Below are positions 1 through 11,319 of a DNA stretch of 24,345 bases, piece after piece. The first letter of the stretch is position 1, and every line of letters starts with the position of its first letter. A model generated the notes under the pieces. That model was given only the letters and a program-made list of their open reading frames with translations, ran no database searches and was not told the origin of the DNA. The stretch comes from Eledone cirrhosa. Taxonomy: Eukaryota. Location of the stretch: the NCBI GenBank assembly GCA_964016885.1, contig CAXHJY010001243.1:1-24345 (forward strand), read 5' to 3'. The translations under genes and the position numbers were made by a program.

Positions 1-358
1 AAAACAAGAGAAATAACAATTATTCTGCTCTGATTGAGCTCGACTTTATAGTCTTTATAGTCACTTGGCAGGCAAGTTACTATAAATCAAATAGTCAATA
101 CTATTAGTATATCCCATGGCTGTCCCAGCACATCTCCCTTACCATCCTCCGGGGAAATGCTTTCTCCATTCTGTCCACCGCGGCTGTGGTGGAGCGGCCA
201 GCACGTGCGACGCCATTTGCTCACTATACAGAGAGATGGGGAGGGCGAGAGAGATGGAGGTGATGACGGTGGGAGTTCGGCTCTTCTGACATTGTACCTG
301 TCATGAGGATCATGTGATAATTGAATAGGTTAGTAATTGCTTTTGGTTCATTTCTATA

Positions 359-547
359 TATAATAATAATAATAATAATGAAATTATTGTGTACAGTGCT
401 CAGGTGCACTACAACTCATCAAAGGTGCATGTATAGTACATAGAATAATAAAGTGTCAGGAAAATGAACAGTGTATGAGTCATGATATAATAATAACAAC
501 AACAATAATGAAATATTGTGTACAGTGCCAGGGTGCACCACAACTCA
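359..547 (-). mobile_element. Two tandem 3' ends of a non-LTR retroelement with (ATT)n tails
   Basis: A duplicated ~55-bp motif (aaattattgtgtacagtgctcaggtgcactacaactcat), each copy preceded by (aat)n. Confidence 0.5.
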
Positions 548-570
548 TATGTTTGACTACGTTAGTTGGC

Positions 571-895
571 TTTCTATAAAATGAACTGTGGCTTTCAACT
601 AGTTGATAACCCTCCCTAATCTCCTGATTTGGACCCCATCTGACTACCATGTGTTCCCCAGCATGAAAACCACTTGGCAGGAGACCAGTATGGCTGTGAT
701 GATGTCATACCTGTTGTTGATGACTTTTTGATCAACAGGATGAAAGCCTCTTCCCTGGTATCAACACATTGTAACACCTATGGAAGAAGTGTGCAGATTG
801 CAAAGAAGACTATGCATAAAAGTGAACCTCCTTTGGTCACATTTCATGAGAGTATCTTGGTCAGCCTTTGAACTTTTCAGCCAAACCTTGAATGT
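571..895 (+). mobile_element. Degraded mariner transposase C-terminus and 3' TIR
   Basis: Frameshifted PP*SPDLDP-SDYHVFPSMK..LAG...WKKCADCKEDYA matches the mariner YSPDLAPSDYHLF and WxKCVxxxGxY motifs. Ends at a (TA)n. Confidence 0.85.
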
Positions 896-919
896 ATATA
901 TATATATATATATATATAA

Positions 920-1321
920 TACAGAAGACCCGCCTTGCCTAAGTACAAAGCGAAACCTACAGTCAGTAGGCACCTCTAACAAAAATACACCCCCGGCCCA
1001 CCCGTCCCACCCCATCCACACCACCCCTTTCGATGTAAAGTTATGTTGGTACCACAACATCCAGTCTGAAATAAATGGTCGTGTAGGTGTCGCTAAAAGA
1101 AAACACACAGTCCACGCTGTAATGTGGCCGTGTAGGTAACACAGTAAAAACCTCCCAGTCCACACTGTAAACATGGTTGGTGTTAGGAAGGGCATCCAGC
1201 CGTAGAAAACCCACCAGATAGTCCTATACGAGCAAGACAACCAATCTTGCCTCAAGTGGGAAAACTCCCGTCCAAACCCATGCAAGCGTGGAAGATGGAC
1301 GTTAAACGATGATGATGATGA
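920..1321 (+). mobile_element. SINE family B body and RTE-type (GAT)n tail
   Basis: ggttggtgttaggaagggcatccagccgtagaaaac ... cccatgcaagcgtggaagatggacgttaaacgatgatgat, shared with the copies at 2356, 6410 and 16878. Confidence 0.8.
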
Positions 1322-1343
1322 TATATATATATATATATGTATA

Positions 1344-1624
1344 CAGTTTCGTTTCTGAATTTGTTTAGCAAGATTCTTTATCTGAAAACGTGTTTTGAAA
1401 CCGATATTGTTATACTTTGGGAGGGTCATGTTGCCAATAAGAAATACATGCACCAGTTGCTTTCACTCCAATTTATTATAAATTAAAAATTTTTTTTTTT
1501 TTTTTTTTAATTTATAATTAAAAAAATATAATTAAAACATTTTAATTTATAATAAATTGGAGTGAAAGCAACTGGTGCGTGTGTTTCTTATTAGCAACAT
1601 GACCCTCCCAAAGTATAACAATAT
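1344..1624 (-). mobile_element. Penelope-like element terminus (inverted end plus one-sided extension)
   Basis: ~85-bp inverted arms at 1404-1489 and 1540-1624. The terminus (atattgttatactt..gggagggtcat) and the outer flank (34/44 identical) are shared with the GIY-YIG-bearing element at 20077. Confidence 0.7.
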
Positions 1625-1629
1625 GTATA

Positions 1630-1786
1630 CAGTATTTCCCGGCGTCGAAGAAGCTACTTTTTTCCTAAAATAAGTTTTTAAAATCTACCATACGTCCTGC
1701 AGGCCGAAGGTTGTTTTTTTCAAATTTTTGGTTGTCAAAATTAGGGTCCGTGCTCAAGGACAAAGCGTCTTCACCGCTGAGAAATA

Positions 1787-1789
<3 letters not shown>
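1630..1789. mobile_element. Tc1/pogo-type MITE
   Basis: TIRs cagtatttc...gaaatactg with TA on both sides; a second copy lies at 11698. Confidence 0.8.
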
Positions 1790-1819
<30 letters not shown>

Positions 1820-1822
<3 letters not shown>

Positions 1823-1976
1823 AGATAACTAGCTGAAACTGCCAAGATTGCAGTAGATCCTCTACATCTACTAATAAACACACCTCTGCATCTCACCATG
1901 TATTGAGTACTTATTTGATTTGTGGTCTTCCCAAGCCCAGTATCACAGACTATCAATATATATATATATATATACA

Positions 1977-2013
<37 letters not shown>

Positions 2014-2072
2014 ATAGTCTGTGATACTGGGCTTGGGAAGACCACAAATCAAATAAGTACTCAATACATGGT
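1820..2072. mobile_element. Probable Penelope-like 3' end with an inverted partial copy around an (AT)n tract
   Basis: Perfect ~62-bp inverted arms at 1895-1957 and 2010-2072, separated and flanked by (TA)n. Confidence 0.55.
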
Positions 2073-2215
2073 ATTATATATATATATATATATCCTTCCA
2101 TGCTAGAGTGGAAAAATAGACATTAAACAGTAATAGTGGTGGGTGTGGGCATACATACATGTGTGTGTATTTAACATGTATAAAATGAAGTGAGAATGAG
2201 ATACACTAATAATTG

Positions 2216-2225
2216 TTTATTTATT
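2216..2225 (-). terminator. Polyadenylation signal(s) AATAAA of the SAXO-like gene
   Basis: Two overlapping AATAAA hexamers about 45 nt after the stop; another overlaps the stop codon (TGAATAAA). Confidence 0.5.
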
Positions 2226-2268
2226 AAAATGATAAGCTAGATTAAAGGAAAGAAGAATCTTTGTTTAT

Positions 2269-2312
2269 TCATGTCTTGAAACATTTTCTTTTGTTTAATG
2301 CATTTCTGTGTT
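2269..2312 (-). CDS. Probable terminal coding exon of SAXO-like gene (EHRNALNKRKCFKT*)
   Basis: Long polypyrimidine tract ending ttttttcag|AA, phase-1 compatible with exon 5. TGA at 2269-2271, followed by AATAAA signals. Confidence 0.7.
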
Positions 2313-2355
2313 CTGAAAAAATAAAGAAAAGAAAGAAAGAGATAGAGAGAGAGAA

Positions 2356-2835
2356 TCATCATCATCATCATCAACGTTTTACGTCCGTTCTTCCACGCTA
2401 GCATGGGTTAGACAAGTTGTCCTGTTGTGGGCAGTGTCCAGTCGACTGACCTTATCTTGCTCATATGGGAACTGATTCTAGCTGGATGCCCTTCCTAACA
2501 CCAACCTCATTTACAGTGAGTGCTGGGTGCTTTTTTTTCCGTGGCGCCTACACATCCACTTTACAGTGTGTGTGGGTGCTTTTTTGCCGTTGCACCTCCA
2601 CGACCACTTTACAGTGTGGGCTGGGTGCTTTTTTGCCGTGGCACCTCCACGACCACTTTGCAGTGGAATGATATGGACCCCAGTCCTATCATCTCATTTC
2701 TACAGCTGAGTAAACTGGAGCAATGTGAAATAAAGTGTCTTGCTCAAGGAAACAACACATCGCCCAGTCCGACAATTGAACTCAAAACCTTTCGATTGCA
2801 AGCCCAATGCTCTAACCACTAAGCCATGCGCCTTC
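2356..2835 (-). mobile_element. Near full-length tRNA-derived SINE (family B) with internal ~50-bp tandem repeats and (GAT)n tail
   Basis: Head has A box tggcttagtgg and B box gagttcaatt, then the ccttgagcaagacact core, three internal repeats at 2510-2665 and an RTE-like tail. Confidence 0.85.
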
Positions 2836-2859
2836 ACATAGAGAATGTAACAATATCAA

Positions 2860-3150
2860 ATCATCATCATCATCATCATCATCATCAGTCCCTTGACTTC
2901 TGTAGTCGTCGGGGAAGGGCATTCTTCAGAAGCAGCACACACTCCAAATAGTCTATCAATGTTGGCTGTCAACAAATCTGGTGTAAGTCATTTGCGTCCA
3001 TTCTTTGACATTGTCAAACCAGTTTTTGTGTTGGCGTCCCCTCCTGCATCCAACTTCAACGATGCCTTGCATGATGGTCTTGCACAGGCTGTCATGTCAT
3101 GTGACATGGCCAAACCATGCCAGTTTCCTCATCTTGATATTTATCAAAAA
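2860..3150 (-). mobile_element. RTE-clade LINE 3' fragment
   Basis: Reverse strand reads WFGHVT*HDSLCKTIMQGIVEVGCRRGRQHKNWFDNVKEW followed by a (GAT)n tail. Confidence 0.85.
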
Positions 3151-3184
3151 TGAAGTAGAAGAGTAATATATTTGTTCTCTAACT

Positions 3185-3427
3185 CAGGCATGTCAAACAT
3201 GCAGCCCTTTACAAGCACACCTGCAGCCCACACCTGCAGCCCTTTACAAGCACACCTGCAGCCCTTTACAAGCACACCTGCAGCCCGCACAAAGGTTTTC
3301 ACAGAGCGAGTGTAATATAAAATAAAAAAATGTTAGTTGTAATGTGTGCAATTAGTTGACATGTGTGGCCCTCAGACAACACATGTGACCCATGTGGATT
3401 TGGGGGACCTTCAGTTTGACATGCCTG
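3185..3427. mobile_element. hAT (Charlie-like) MITE with internal tandem repeat
   Basis: TIRs caggcatgtcaaac/gtttgacatgcctg. 8-bp TSD ctctaact/ttctaact. Three copies of cctttacaagcacacctgcagccc. Confidence 0.85.
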
Positions 3428-4109
3428 TTCTAACTGATTGTAGTCATGTTAGGGTATGAGCTTGAAGCAATTTTAGTCAATTACATCCACCAAGAACTTT
3501 GCTTTGTCTTGTTGTTATTTATCAACTATGTAAGGTGGGATAGCAAAGTTGTCTTGGATATAATAAATGTAACCGAGATGAAGGCAAATACCAGAAGGTA
3601 ATTTTGCTCACTTGTCAAATTTCATTGATAGACATCAATTTATTTTTACTGTCTGAAGAACTCGGCTCTACACACGATGATACCTTCAAAATGGTGGCTT
3701 ACGATGAAGCCTTCCTCGTTGAGTTAGAGCAAGAAGAAGTCTTATGAGCTGATATGACAGATGAAAATGCTAATAGTCTTCATATTGAAAGAGATGATAA
3801 CAATCTGCTTTTAATTCTAATATGTTTGTTATTTTGCATTTTGCATTTGGATGATTTTTTGATTTTTTTTATTATATATTTTTATAATTTTTCTTAATAT
3901 TTTGGCTTCATTAAATATATATAATGAGTAAAGGTTGGCATTCGGTTTAGGGTATTTACTGAGGGCAAGTAGATTGATTGGAGCAATAACAGACTTATTT
4001 ACATACATATATATATATATGTATAGGTATTGCAGAGCTTGCCTGTCTTCGTGAAACCTTTGTTAAATAGAATAATTGTTTTGTATAATATAAATTTATA
4101 CAGATATAT

Positions 4110-4186
4110 TGCCTCAAGTGGGAAAACCCCACGTCCAAACCCATGCAAGCGTGGAACACGGACGCTAAACCTGATGATGATGATGA
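4110..4186 (+). mobile_element. SINE family B tail fragment
   Basis: gcctcaagtgggaaaac...cccatgcaagcgtggaa...(gat)n, as at 1249-1321. Confidence 0.75.
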
Positions 4187-4639
4187 TATATGTGTGTGTG
4201 TGTGTGCGCACATGCAGTCTGCTCTTACTTTTAATAAACATAGCTAGAATAAATGTAGATAACGTTAACTTGTACAATTTCATTGATAATATAAACGAAT
4301 GAGGATATTTTTGCCCTGTTCACTGTCTGACAATTGTGGAATTTATGTTCTACTACAGATGCCAGCTGTCTAACTTATAAGTGGACCAATGTTAGTATAA
4401 ATGAAACAAACTTTCTTCTGTAGAGTATTTGTTACCAACATTCAAATATGTATTCTGTAACATTCTTTACTTTTGTTTAATAGATGGTACATATGAGAGG
4501 GCATAAAGAGTGCATTAAATCACTGATGAAATAATTTGCTCCAGATTTTAAATAGATATTGGTCATGAAAGATGAAATGAAATAAAATAATAAAAATCAA
4601 ATAGACAAACGTTTGTATTCTATTCATTAGTTTCTAAAT

Positions 4640-5470
4640 TGTGCACTAAGCAGCGAGGATCAAGGTTTCAACAACAAAGAATAAGAAGTGCACAGAATAG
4701 ACAGGATGAATTCAGAGGAACAAAGGTCAAAAAGGCTTGCTGAAGATAGAACAATGGAAGCAACTATTGGTCAAGAGGAATCAGATGTACGAAAATCATT
4801 AAGACAGCAAATGGAGAGGAATAGAGCAGCTCAAAGGCAGCATGGAGAAACTGAATCTCAAACAACTCAAAGGCTATGTGAACAGAGAGCAAGAGTAGAA
4901 GATTTATGATCTAAAACGGTTGTCGAGTGGAACTTTGCTGCTTTTGGTTACAATCCAAATGAAGACTATGCGTCAGAACCTTTAATTCGAATTTCCTTAA
5001 TCAACAAAATCTGTCCAAATTGTGGTACTAAAAAAATAGAATGGTGAATCAACTGGATTGTGCTGTTCAAATGGAAAGATTAAGTTCAGAGTATTACCTG
5101 AACTACCAGAAACCTTGACAGAGCTGCTGATCAGTACAAATACTGAATCAAGGCACTCTCTTCAAAATATCTAGAAGTACAATAATGCATTCCAAATGTC
5201 ATCCATGTAGGTGGCTCTATACCTACTTTCAAGATCCCAGGACAAGTGTCTCACAGAATTAGACTACTTAAGCCACTTTCAGAAGAAGAACCAAAATATT
5301 TACAACTCTATTTCATCACTGATATGAAAACCCAAGCTCAGACAAGATATAAAAGGAATAAAGAAACTAAGTATGAAATCATATTGCAAATAAAAGATGT
5401 TGCATAAAAGAAACAGCTATATTAAAAGTTTCAAATATACCCTAGAAGAAGAAGATTGGAATGAAGTTTT
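4640..5470 (+). mobile_element. Degraded Helitron RepHel N-terminal region
   Basis: R/E/Q-rich coiled coil, then AAFGYNPNEDY..KICPNCGTKK..GESTGLCCSNGK..KYNNAFQMSS..PTFKIPGQVSHRI..PKYLQLYF, which are canonical Helitron motifs. Multiple stops and frameshifts. Confidence 0.92.
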
Positions 5471-5544
5471 ATTTTTTTGTTAACCAGGGAAACGGCATGT
5501 ACTTCTGCTAGTGTATATATATATATATATGTCTGTGTGTATGC

Positions 5545-5855
5545 GTGAACGACCAAGCATAGATGAGTTGAGAGAGAAACTGTGTATAAGAGGGATAAGT
5601 TGTAGTGTGCAGGAGAGAAGACTGTGATGGTATGGACATGTGATGTGCATGGAGGATGACCGCTGAAGTGCCAGGAAATCCCAGTGGGAGGAAGACCACA
5701 AAAAACATGGGCAGAGGTGGTGAGAGCAGAACTCAGATCATTGAAGTTCACGGAGGAGATGATGAAGGACCATGACAAGTGGAGAGATGCTGTGCTGAAT
5801 AGGACCAGTCCCACTCTTGCAAGCAGGGTAAAGCGGACGTAAAATGATGATGATA
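5545..5855 (+). mobile_element. RTE-clade LINE 3' fragment
   Basis: VQERRL*WYGHVMCMEDDR..GRPQKTWAEVVRAEL..DKWRDAV, ending gcggacgtaaaatgatgatgat. This tail is shared with SINE B, so it is the probable partner LINE. Confidence 0.85.
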
Positions 5856-5868
5856 TATATATACATAT

Positions 5869-5910
<42 letters not shown>

Positions 5911-6095
5911 ATGCTAGTGTGGAAGATAGACATTAAACGATGATGATGATGATGATAGGTGTGTGTATGTGTATATATATATATATATAAGTGTGTGTAT
6001 ATATATATATATATATATACTCACATATGTATGTAGGTATAAAGTAAATTGCTTGTAGAGAAGAAACCATTTACACCAGATGAAATATATCTCAC

Positions 6096-6351
6096 CTTTG
6101 AATGCTAATTTGTAGTGTGTATCGAAATTAATATCTCCTTTTAATTTTATATGTGAGTTTGGTATTAACCGCATTCCGTAACGGGTGTTAATTTTCAACG
6201 GACTAGAGTATGTATGATAGTCGTGTTGATATTGGGTTTTTAAAAATTTACACGGAATCTTCATATTACTCAAGCGAATTTTGGATGGTTTGATGAGTTC
6301 TTTCTTTGCTGGAGGCTGGAATGAATGCCTGTGCGGGTTGAGATATTCTTG
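6096..6351 (-). CDS. Coding exon 5 of SAXO-like gene (QEYLNPHRH...TQYQHDY...THYKLAFK + 1 nt)
   Basis: Acceptor ttcttatcaatttag|CAA and donor AAAG|gtgaga. 256 nt, phase 0-1. Completes TTHN|QEY and carries two more motifs. Confidence 0.88.
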
Positions 6352-6409
6352 CTAAATTGATAAGAAAGGAAATCTTATATTTAATGTAAATTTTGTTAGA
6401 CATTAGACA

Positions 6410-6652
6410 AAAAAACACACAGCCTACACTCTAATGTGGCCGTGTAGGTAACACGGTAAAAAGTTCCCAGTTCCACACTGTAAATGTGGTTGGTGTTAGG
6501 AAGGGCATCCAGCCGTAGAAAACCTGCCAGATAGTCCTATATGAGCGAGACACGGTCACCTGACCAATCATGCCTCAAGTGGAACAACTCCCGTCTAACC
6601 CATGCTCGTGTGGAAGATGGACGTTAAACGAAGATGATGATGATGATGATGA
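6410..6652 (+). mobile_element. SINE family B 3' portion
   Basis: Same core and (GAT)n tail as 920-1321. Confidence 0.85.
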
Positions 6653-7165
6653 TTAATATTTCTGACATGATGTTTGTTATTATATTTAATGAGAAGAGTT
6701 GAAATCTTTTGTTAATTTCCATTAACTGAACATCTCTAGAATAACTTGCAATGCATCATATGAGCTGTAGATCCCATAGATAAGGGAGATAAATACATTA
6801 TAGATGATGAGATGCAGAGAAACATCGTTCCAGCCCTTTTCAAATGTTACAACTGTAGAGGTAACAAATTGAAAATGAGAATAATCTTCTGTTAAAGAAA
6901 TGTCTTTCATTTGAATTTAATCAAGAATGTTAATGCTCACGTTATTCTGCTTCATATGCAGTACTTTAGTTCTTGAAATAAGTAACATTTTACATACTGA
7001 GGGAGTTTCCAGCTTGACAAAATATTTGATAAGTCCACAAAAATACCAATTCCACAATTTCTGAAGTAATAATTGGGTACTCCAAGATCGCCACTGTGTT
7101 CTCTCTCATTAACTTCACAGACTATGTTCAACTTCAAAGTTGAGCATATATTCAAAAGGAATGTA

Positions 7166-7701
7166 CAGGGTGGTCTGAAAGTTTTGTCACCCCTTGTCAC
7201 ATATTGTTTTAACTTTTATTATTTTTTGTTTTAATAATATAATATATAATATCATTAATTATAATGGATTGGCAGTATTGGTAAAGGGTTGAACGCCATG
7301 CTTTGGCACATAGAGTTATGGCTCTTGCCATTCTGAGTTCAAATCCCACCGAGGTTAAACTTTGCCTTTCATCCTTACGGGGTCGATAAAATAAAGTACC
7401 AGTAATGCACTGGGTAATTGCTGGCCTTGTGCCAAAAGTAGAAACAATTAATTATAATATATAATAATAATAATATAATTTTTTTATATCAGAGCTCCTA
7501 CAGTTTGGAAGAGAGGCTACTTGCAAGTGTATGGACACATGATCGTGTGCATTCTAGCAAGAGCATGGAGGGATGTGCGACATGACTTCACTGCAAGATT
7601 CAGCAAACCAGCTCCTCCGAAGAGGATGATACTGTGATGGGAACATAAACTGTTTCTCATTACCTTTTGGTAGGGGGTGACAAGACTTTCAGACCTCCTT
7701 G
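7166..7701. mobile_element. Tc1/mariner non-autonomous element interrupted by a SINE
   Basis: TIRs cagggtggtctgaaagttttgtcacccct / agggggtgacaagactttcagacctccttg with TA on both sides. Confidence 0.85.
7265..7450 (+). mobile_element. tRNA-derived SINE family A
   Basis: ggattggcagtattggta...gagttcaaatccc (B box)...tttgcctttcatccttacggggtcgataaaataaagtaccagt...gtgccaaaagtagaaacaatta; more than 10 copies in the window. Confidence 0.9.
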
Positions 7702-7741
7702 TATTACATTTGCCTCAGTAGCTGGATAGATTTTATTAGCA

Positions 7742-7942
7742 AAACCAACAGGTAGAAGACCCTGGGGTAGACCCCGAGAAAGATGGCTAGATAACATCCA
7801 TGAGCCTGACTGGTCATGCTTGGGGATCCAGCTGGATCAGTTAGAGATGGTTGCTTCTGACAGGACCCGCTGGGGGGGAGTGTTTGAGGACTCTGCCCCC
7901 ACGACCCTCTCAGGAATAAGTGGGCGAAGAAGAAGAGAAGAA
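7742..7942 (+). mobile_element. RTE-clade LINE 3' fragment
   Basis: KPTGRRPWGRPRERWLDNI...VASDRTRW followed by a (GAA)n tail. Confidence 0.8.
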
Positions 7943-8191
7943 CCTCTAATTCCTCTTCTCCCCGTGGCGTAGAAACTTATCCAAACTGATGGACATTAGT
8001 ATAATTTTTGCTAATTCAGACCAACATTAGATTTATTGTTTTTTATTTTGTTGTGTGTGTGGGGGGGGGGGCGTATCCTCACTTAAAACTACTCCACTTT
8101 AGGATCTTAAATACTTTCGATAATTTATTAACTGTCTTAAAATTTGTTTAATAAAATTACTAAAAGTAGTTTCACAAGTTAAATTACTTAC

Positions 8192-8280
8192 ATTGTGGGT
8201 TGTGGTGTGATTAACAGTTCCACCAATTCTTTTGCCATATTTATCAAAGAGGGATTCAGCATGCAGTATGTGTTTTTGAT
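8192..8280 (-). CDS. Coding exon 4 of SAXO-like gene (NQKHILHAESLFDKYGKRIGGTVNHTTTHN)
   Basis: Acceptor aatttag|AT and donor AAT|gtaagt. 89 nt, phase 1-0, matching both neighbours. Confidence 0.85.
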
Positions 8281-8362
8281 CTAAATTATTGCAGATGTTA
8301 CAATTAAGAATTATATGACAATAATTGAGTAAGACTGAAATTTTAAACAATAAGATGGTTTT

Positions 8363-8520
8363 CATGTTATACTACTTCACTTCTTCACATTATACTACGT
8401 CACTTCTTCAGTTTACTACGTCACTTCTTCACATTATACTACGTCACTTCTTCACATTATACTACGTCACTTCTTCACAGTTTACTATGTCACTACGTCA
8501 CATTATACAACGTCACTTCC
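8363..8520. repeat. ~21-23-bp minisatellite (cattatactacgtcacttcttca), about 7 copies
   Basis: Directly visible; followed by (CATC)n and (CACG)n tracts up to 8617. Confidence 0.9.
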
Positions 8521-8799
8521 CGTCCGTCCGCATCCATCCATCCATCCATCCATCCCTCCATCCATCCATCCACGCACGCACGCACGCACGCACGCACGCA
8601 TGCATGCACGCACGCACATTACATACCTGCATAGTTTAGTATCCAGTCTAAATCGCCAGTAGTGTAATCTATGTAATATCTGATCGTTCATCGAGAGAAT
8701 ACTTTAAATTTGGAACTTCAATATAAGATTATCAGTTCACAAAGTTCGATAAAACAGGTATTCAAGTTCTTATAACCTATATTCGTTTAGGTTTCATGT

Positions 8800-9166
8800 A
8801 AACAAAGTAGTTTTACTAAATAATTGTTTCTACTTTTGGCACAAGGCCACCAATTACCCAGTGCATTACTGGTACTTTATTTTATCGACTCCGTAGCGTC
8901 CGACTCTCTACCGATACTGCCAATCCACCGCCCTATAAACAAAGTCATTTTACTAAATAATTGTTTCTACTTTAGGCACAAGGCCAGCAATTACCCAGTG
9001 CATTACTGGTACTTTATTTTATCGACCCCCGTAAGGATGAAAGGCAAAGTCAACCTCGGCGGGATTTGAACTCAGATCGTAAAGGGACGTAACTATGCTG
9101 GAAAGCATGGCGTCCGACCCTCTACCGATACTGCCAATCCACCGCCCTTTTATTTTACTAAATAAT
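8800..9166 (-). mobile_element. SINE family A (8958-9147) with TSD, plus a tandem internally deleted copy (8822-8935)
   Basis: TSD ttttactaaataat at about 8811, 8949 and 9153; flank and SINE are duplicated together. Confidence 0.9.
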
Positions 9167-9172
9167 ACTCAC

Positions 9173-9221
9173 TTAATAGGTTTTCACCTCTCTGTGAAGC
9201 ACGTATTGGAAGATAATGTTG
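9173..9221 (-). CDS. Coding exon 3 of SAXO-like gene (QHYLPIRASQRGENLL + 1 nt)
   Basis: Acceptor aatttcag|CAA and donor TTAA|gtgagt. 49 nt, phase 0-1. Completes the motif SVYK|QHY across the junction. Confidence 0.85.
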
Positions 9222-9304
9222 CTGAAATTACAATAAAGATAAATTACTTTAGATTACAAGGATAAAATAATTGTCATTGGTCTGAGATGCTTTATATGTA
9301 AGCA

Positions 9305-9875
9305 TACGCGTGTTGATTGCTACTTCTTGTCAGAAGAGTGCCATCCCATCATTGAACATTGTACGATCATGTGCAAACAGGTGACATTTGAGCTGTCTGT
9401 CTCCTGGCAATACTGACTGAGGTATGTCTCCAATCATTCTATCATGTCTGGTCAGTCCACCAGCTGACTTACAAATTAAACCACACTGATTGCAAATGTA
9501 CTATGGAGTGCGTGACGGTAGAACCATCTTAAAAGTGGCTTGATTTCTCTCTGACTCGTGTGATTTCAGATGGTTGACAAATCCAGCTCCTGACAGAAGA
9601 AATCGGCCACATACAATGCACCTCAATTCCTGCTCGAAGACCAGTTGATGTTCAGGAAGCGTTGGAACCATAATTGTTTCTTGGTTTCTATTCAGGGTAT
9701 TGACTCTCATGAGTTCTTCCGGTCTTTGTTTTGTCAACTTTTGTTTTTCATCCCGCAGGGTGTCCAATCACCCTCCTCACCAAGCAAGCTTGGTGGGGTT
9801 GCTGGGTTAGCCGCCGACGACCCAACTATGTGACAGGTTACATGTTACCATTAGAACTCAGGAACGACCTGACAC
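9305..9875 (-). mobile_element. Retroelement relic encoding C2H2 zinc fingers with a structured 5' region
   Basis: ELRCIVCGRFLLSGAGFVNHLKSH...*YICNQCGLICKSAGGLTRH...LKCHL. In-frame stop and no introns. Hairpins at 9757-9824. Confidence 0.65.
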
Positions 9876-10079
9876 ATACACACATACGTATATGATGGCT
9901 GCAATTCGATTTAGAGTAATGATATCGCTTGATACTTAAGTATGAGCAGTATGCTATGCAATACAAAAGATGTCACATTTCAAGCGATGCCTGTGCTTGA
10001 AGATTAAGTGAGGAAAGGCTTTTCACGGAGCCAATCCCACTCTCTGAACATCGAATATATATGCAAGCATGTAATTATT

Positions 10080-10738
<659 letters not shown>

Positions 10739-11112
10739 ATATGTGTGTGTGTGTTGAGTCCAGATCCTGCTGAGTTCAATTTTGCTTTTTATCCTTTCTT
10801 TGTTGATGAATAATAAAAAACCAAATCTAATATTAGAGTCTCACTTACTCTCTTTTTCCCTGAAAGAAACCAGCTGTGTTCAGACTTGGAAATGAATGAC
10901 CTCCGCCAAGTTCAAATGCCCAAGACACGATATATTTAATGACTGCACCCCTACAACTCAAACAGGAGTTAAGGATCTGATGAATTATCGACCTCAAAAC
11001 AACCAAATGATATAATCAAACGAGTAATCCATGACAAATGAACTTTTGCCTAATTGTAAATAACCTATGAAATTAATGTTGGTGTGAGTGAACTTGTGAT
11101 GTAACTCATTAC

Positions 11113-11319
11113 CTTATACACACTCTGTTGAAGCACTGTATCATTACCAAAGCCCATATTCTTTAAAGTGTTACTATCTTTCTTGGGTAAATCTAATTTG
11201 AGCCGAGGTGGATTTTTTCTCTTCACAAAGGCATTTCGATATTCTGTAATTGAACTTAATTCACCAAGAGGGAATATTTCCTGGTCCAAAGGGTGATAAG
11301 ATTCTCTATGAGAGAATCC
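11113..11319 (-). CDS. Coding exon 2 of SAXO-like gene (GFSHRESY...TEYRNAF...LQQSVYK, 69 codons)
   Basis: Acceptor tctttgcag|GGA and donor AAG|gtaatg. 207 nt, phase 0-0, open frame, Mn-type motif TEYRNAF. Confidence 0.88.

Noticed and set aside
1-79. Alternative phase-1 downstream exon (VTCLPSDYKDYK...), and a similar candidate at about 3895-3958
   Set aside because: Weak polypyrimidine tracts and no Mn motif. The acceptor at 2312 is much stronger and is followed by a stop and AATAAA.
922-975. Hammerhead-like motif cagaaga...gcgaaac ctac agtca gtagg ca
   Set aside because: Two core mismatches (U4, U16.1), a 3-nt insertion before stem II and no stem I.
761-1453. 230-aa minus-strand ORF
   Set aside because: A chance read-through across antisense mariner, (TA)n, SINE and PLE sequence.
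2760-2835. tRNA gene (also 14331-14400)
   Set aside because: The A/B boxes belong to SINE heads and continue into SINE core; there is no intact cloverleaf.
9800-9875. HDV-like ribozyme (ggtaacatg ... ggctaa) at the retroelement 5' end
   Set aside because: I could not build P1/P2/P3/L3 pairings in the required order.
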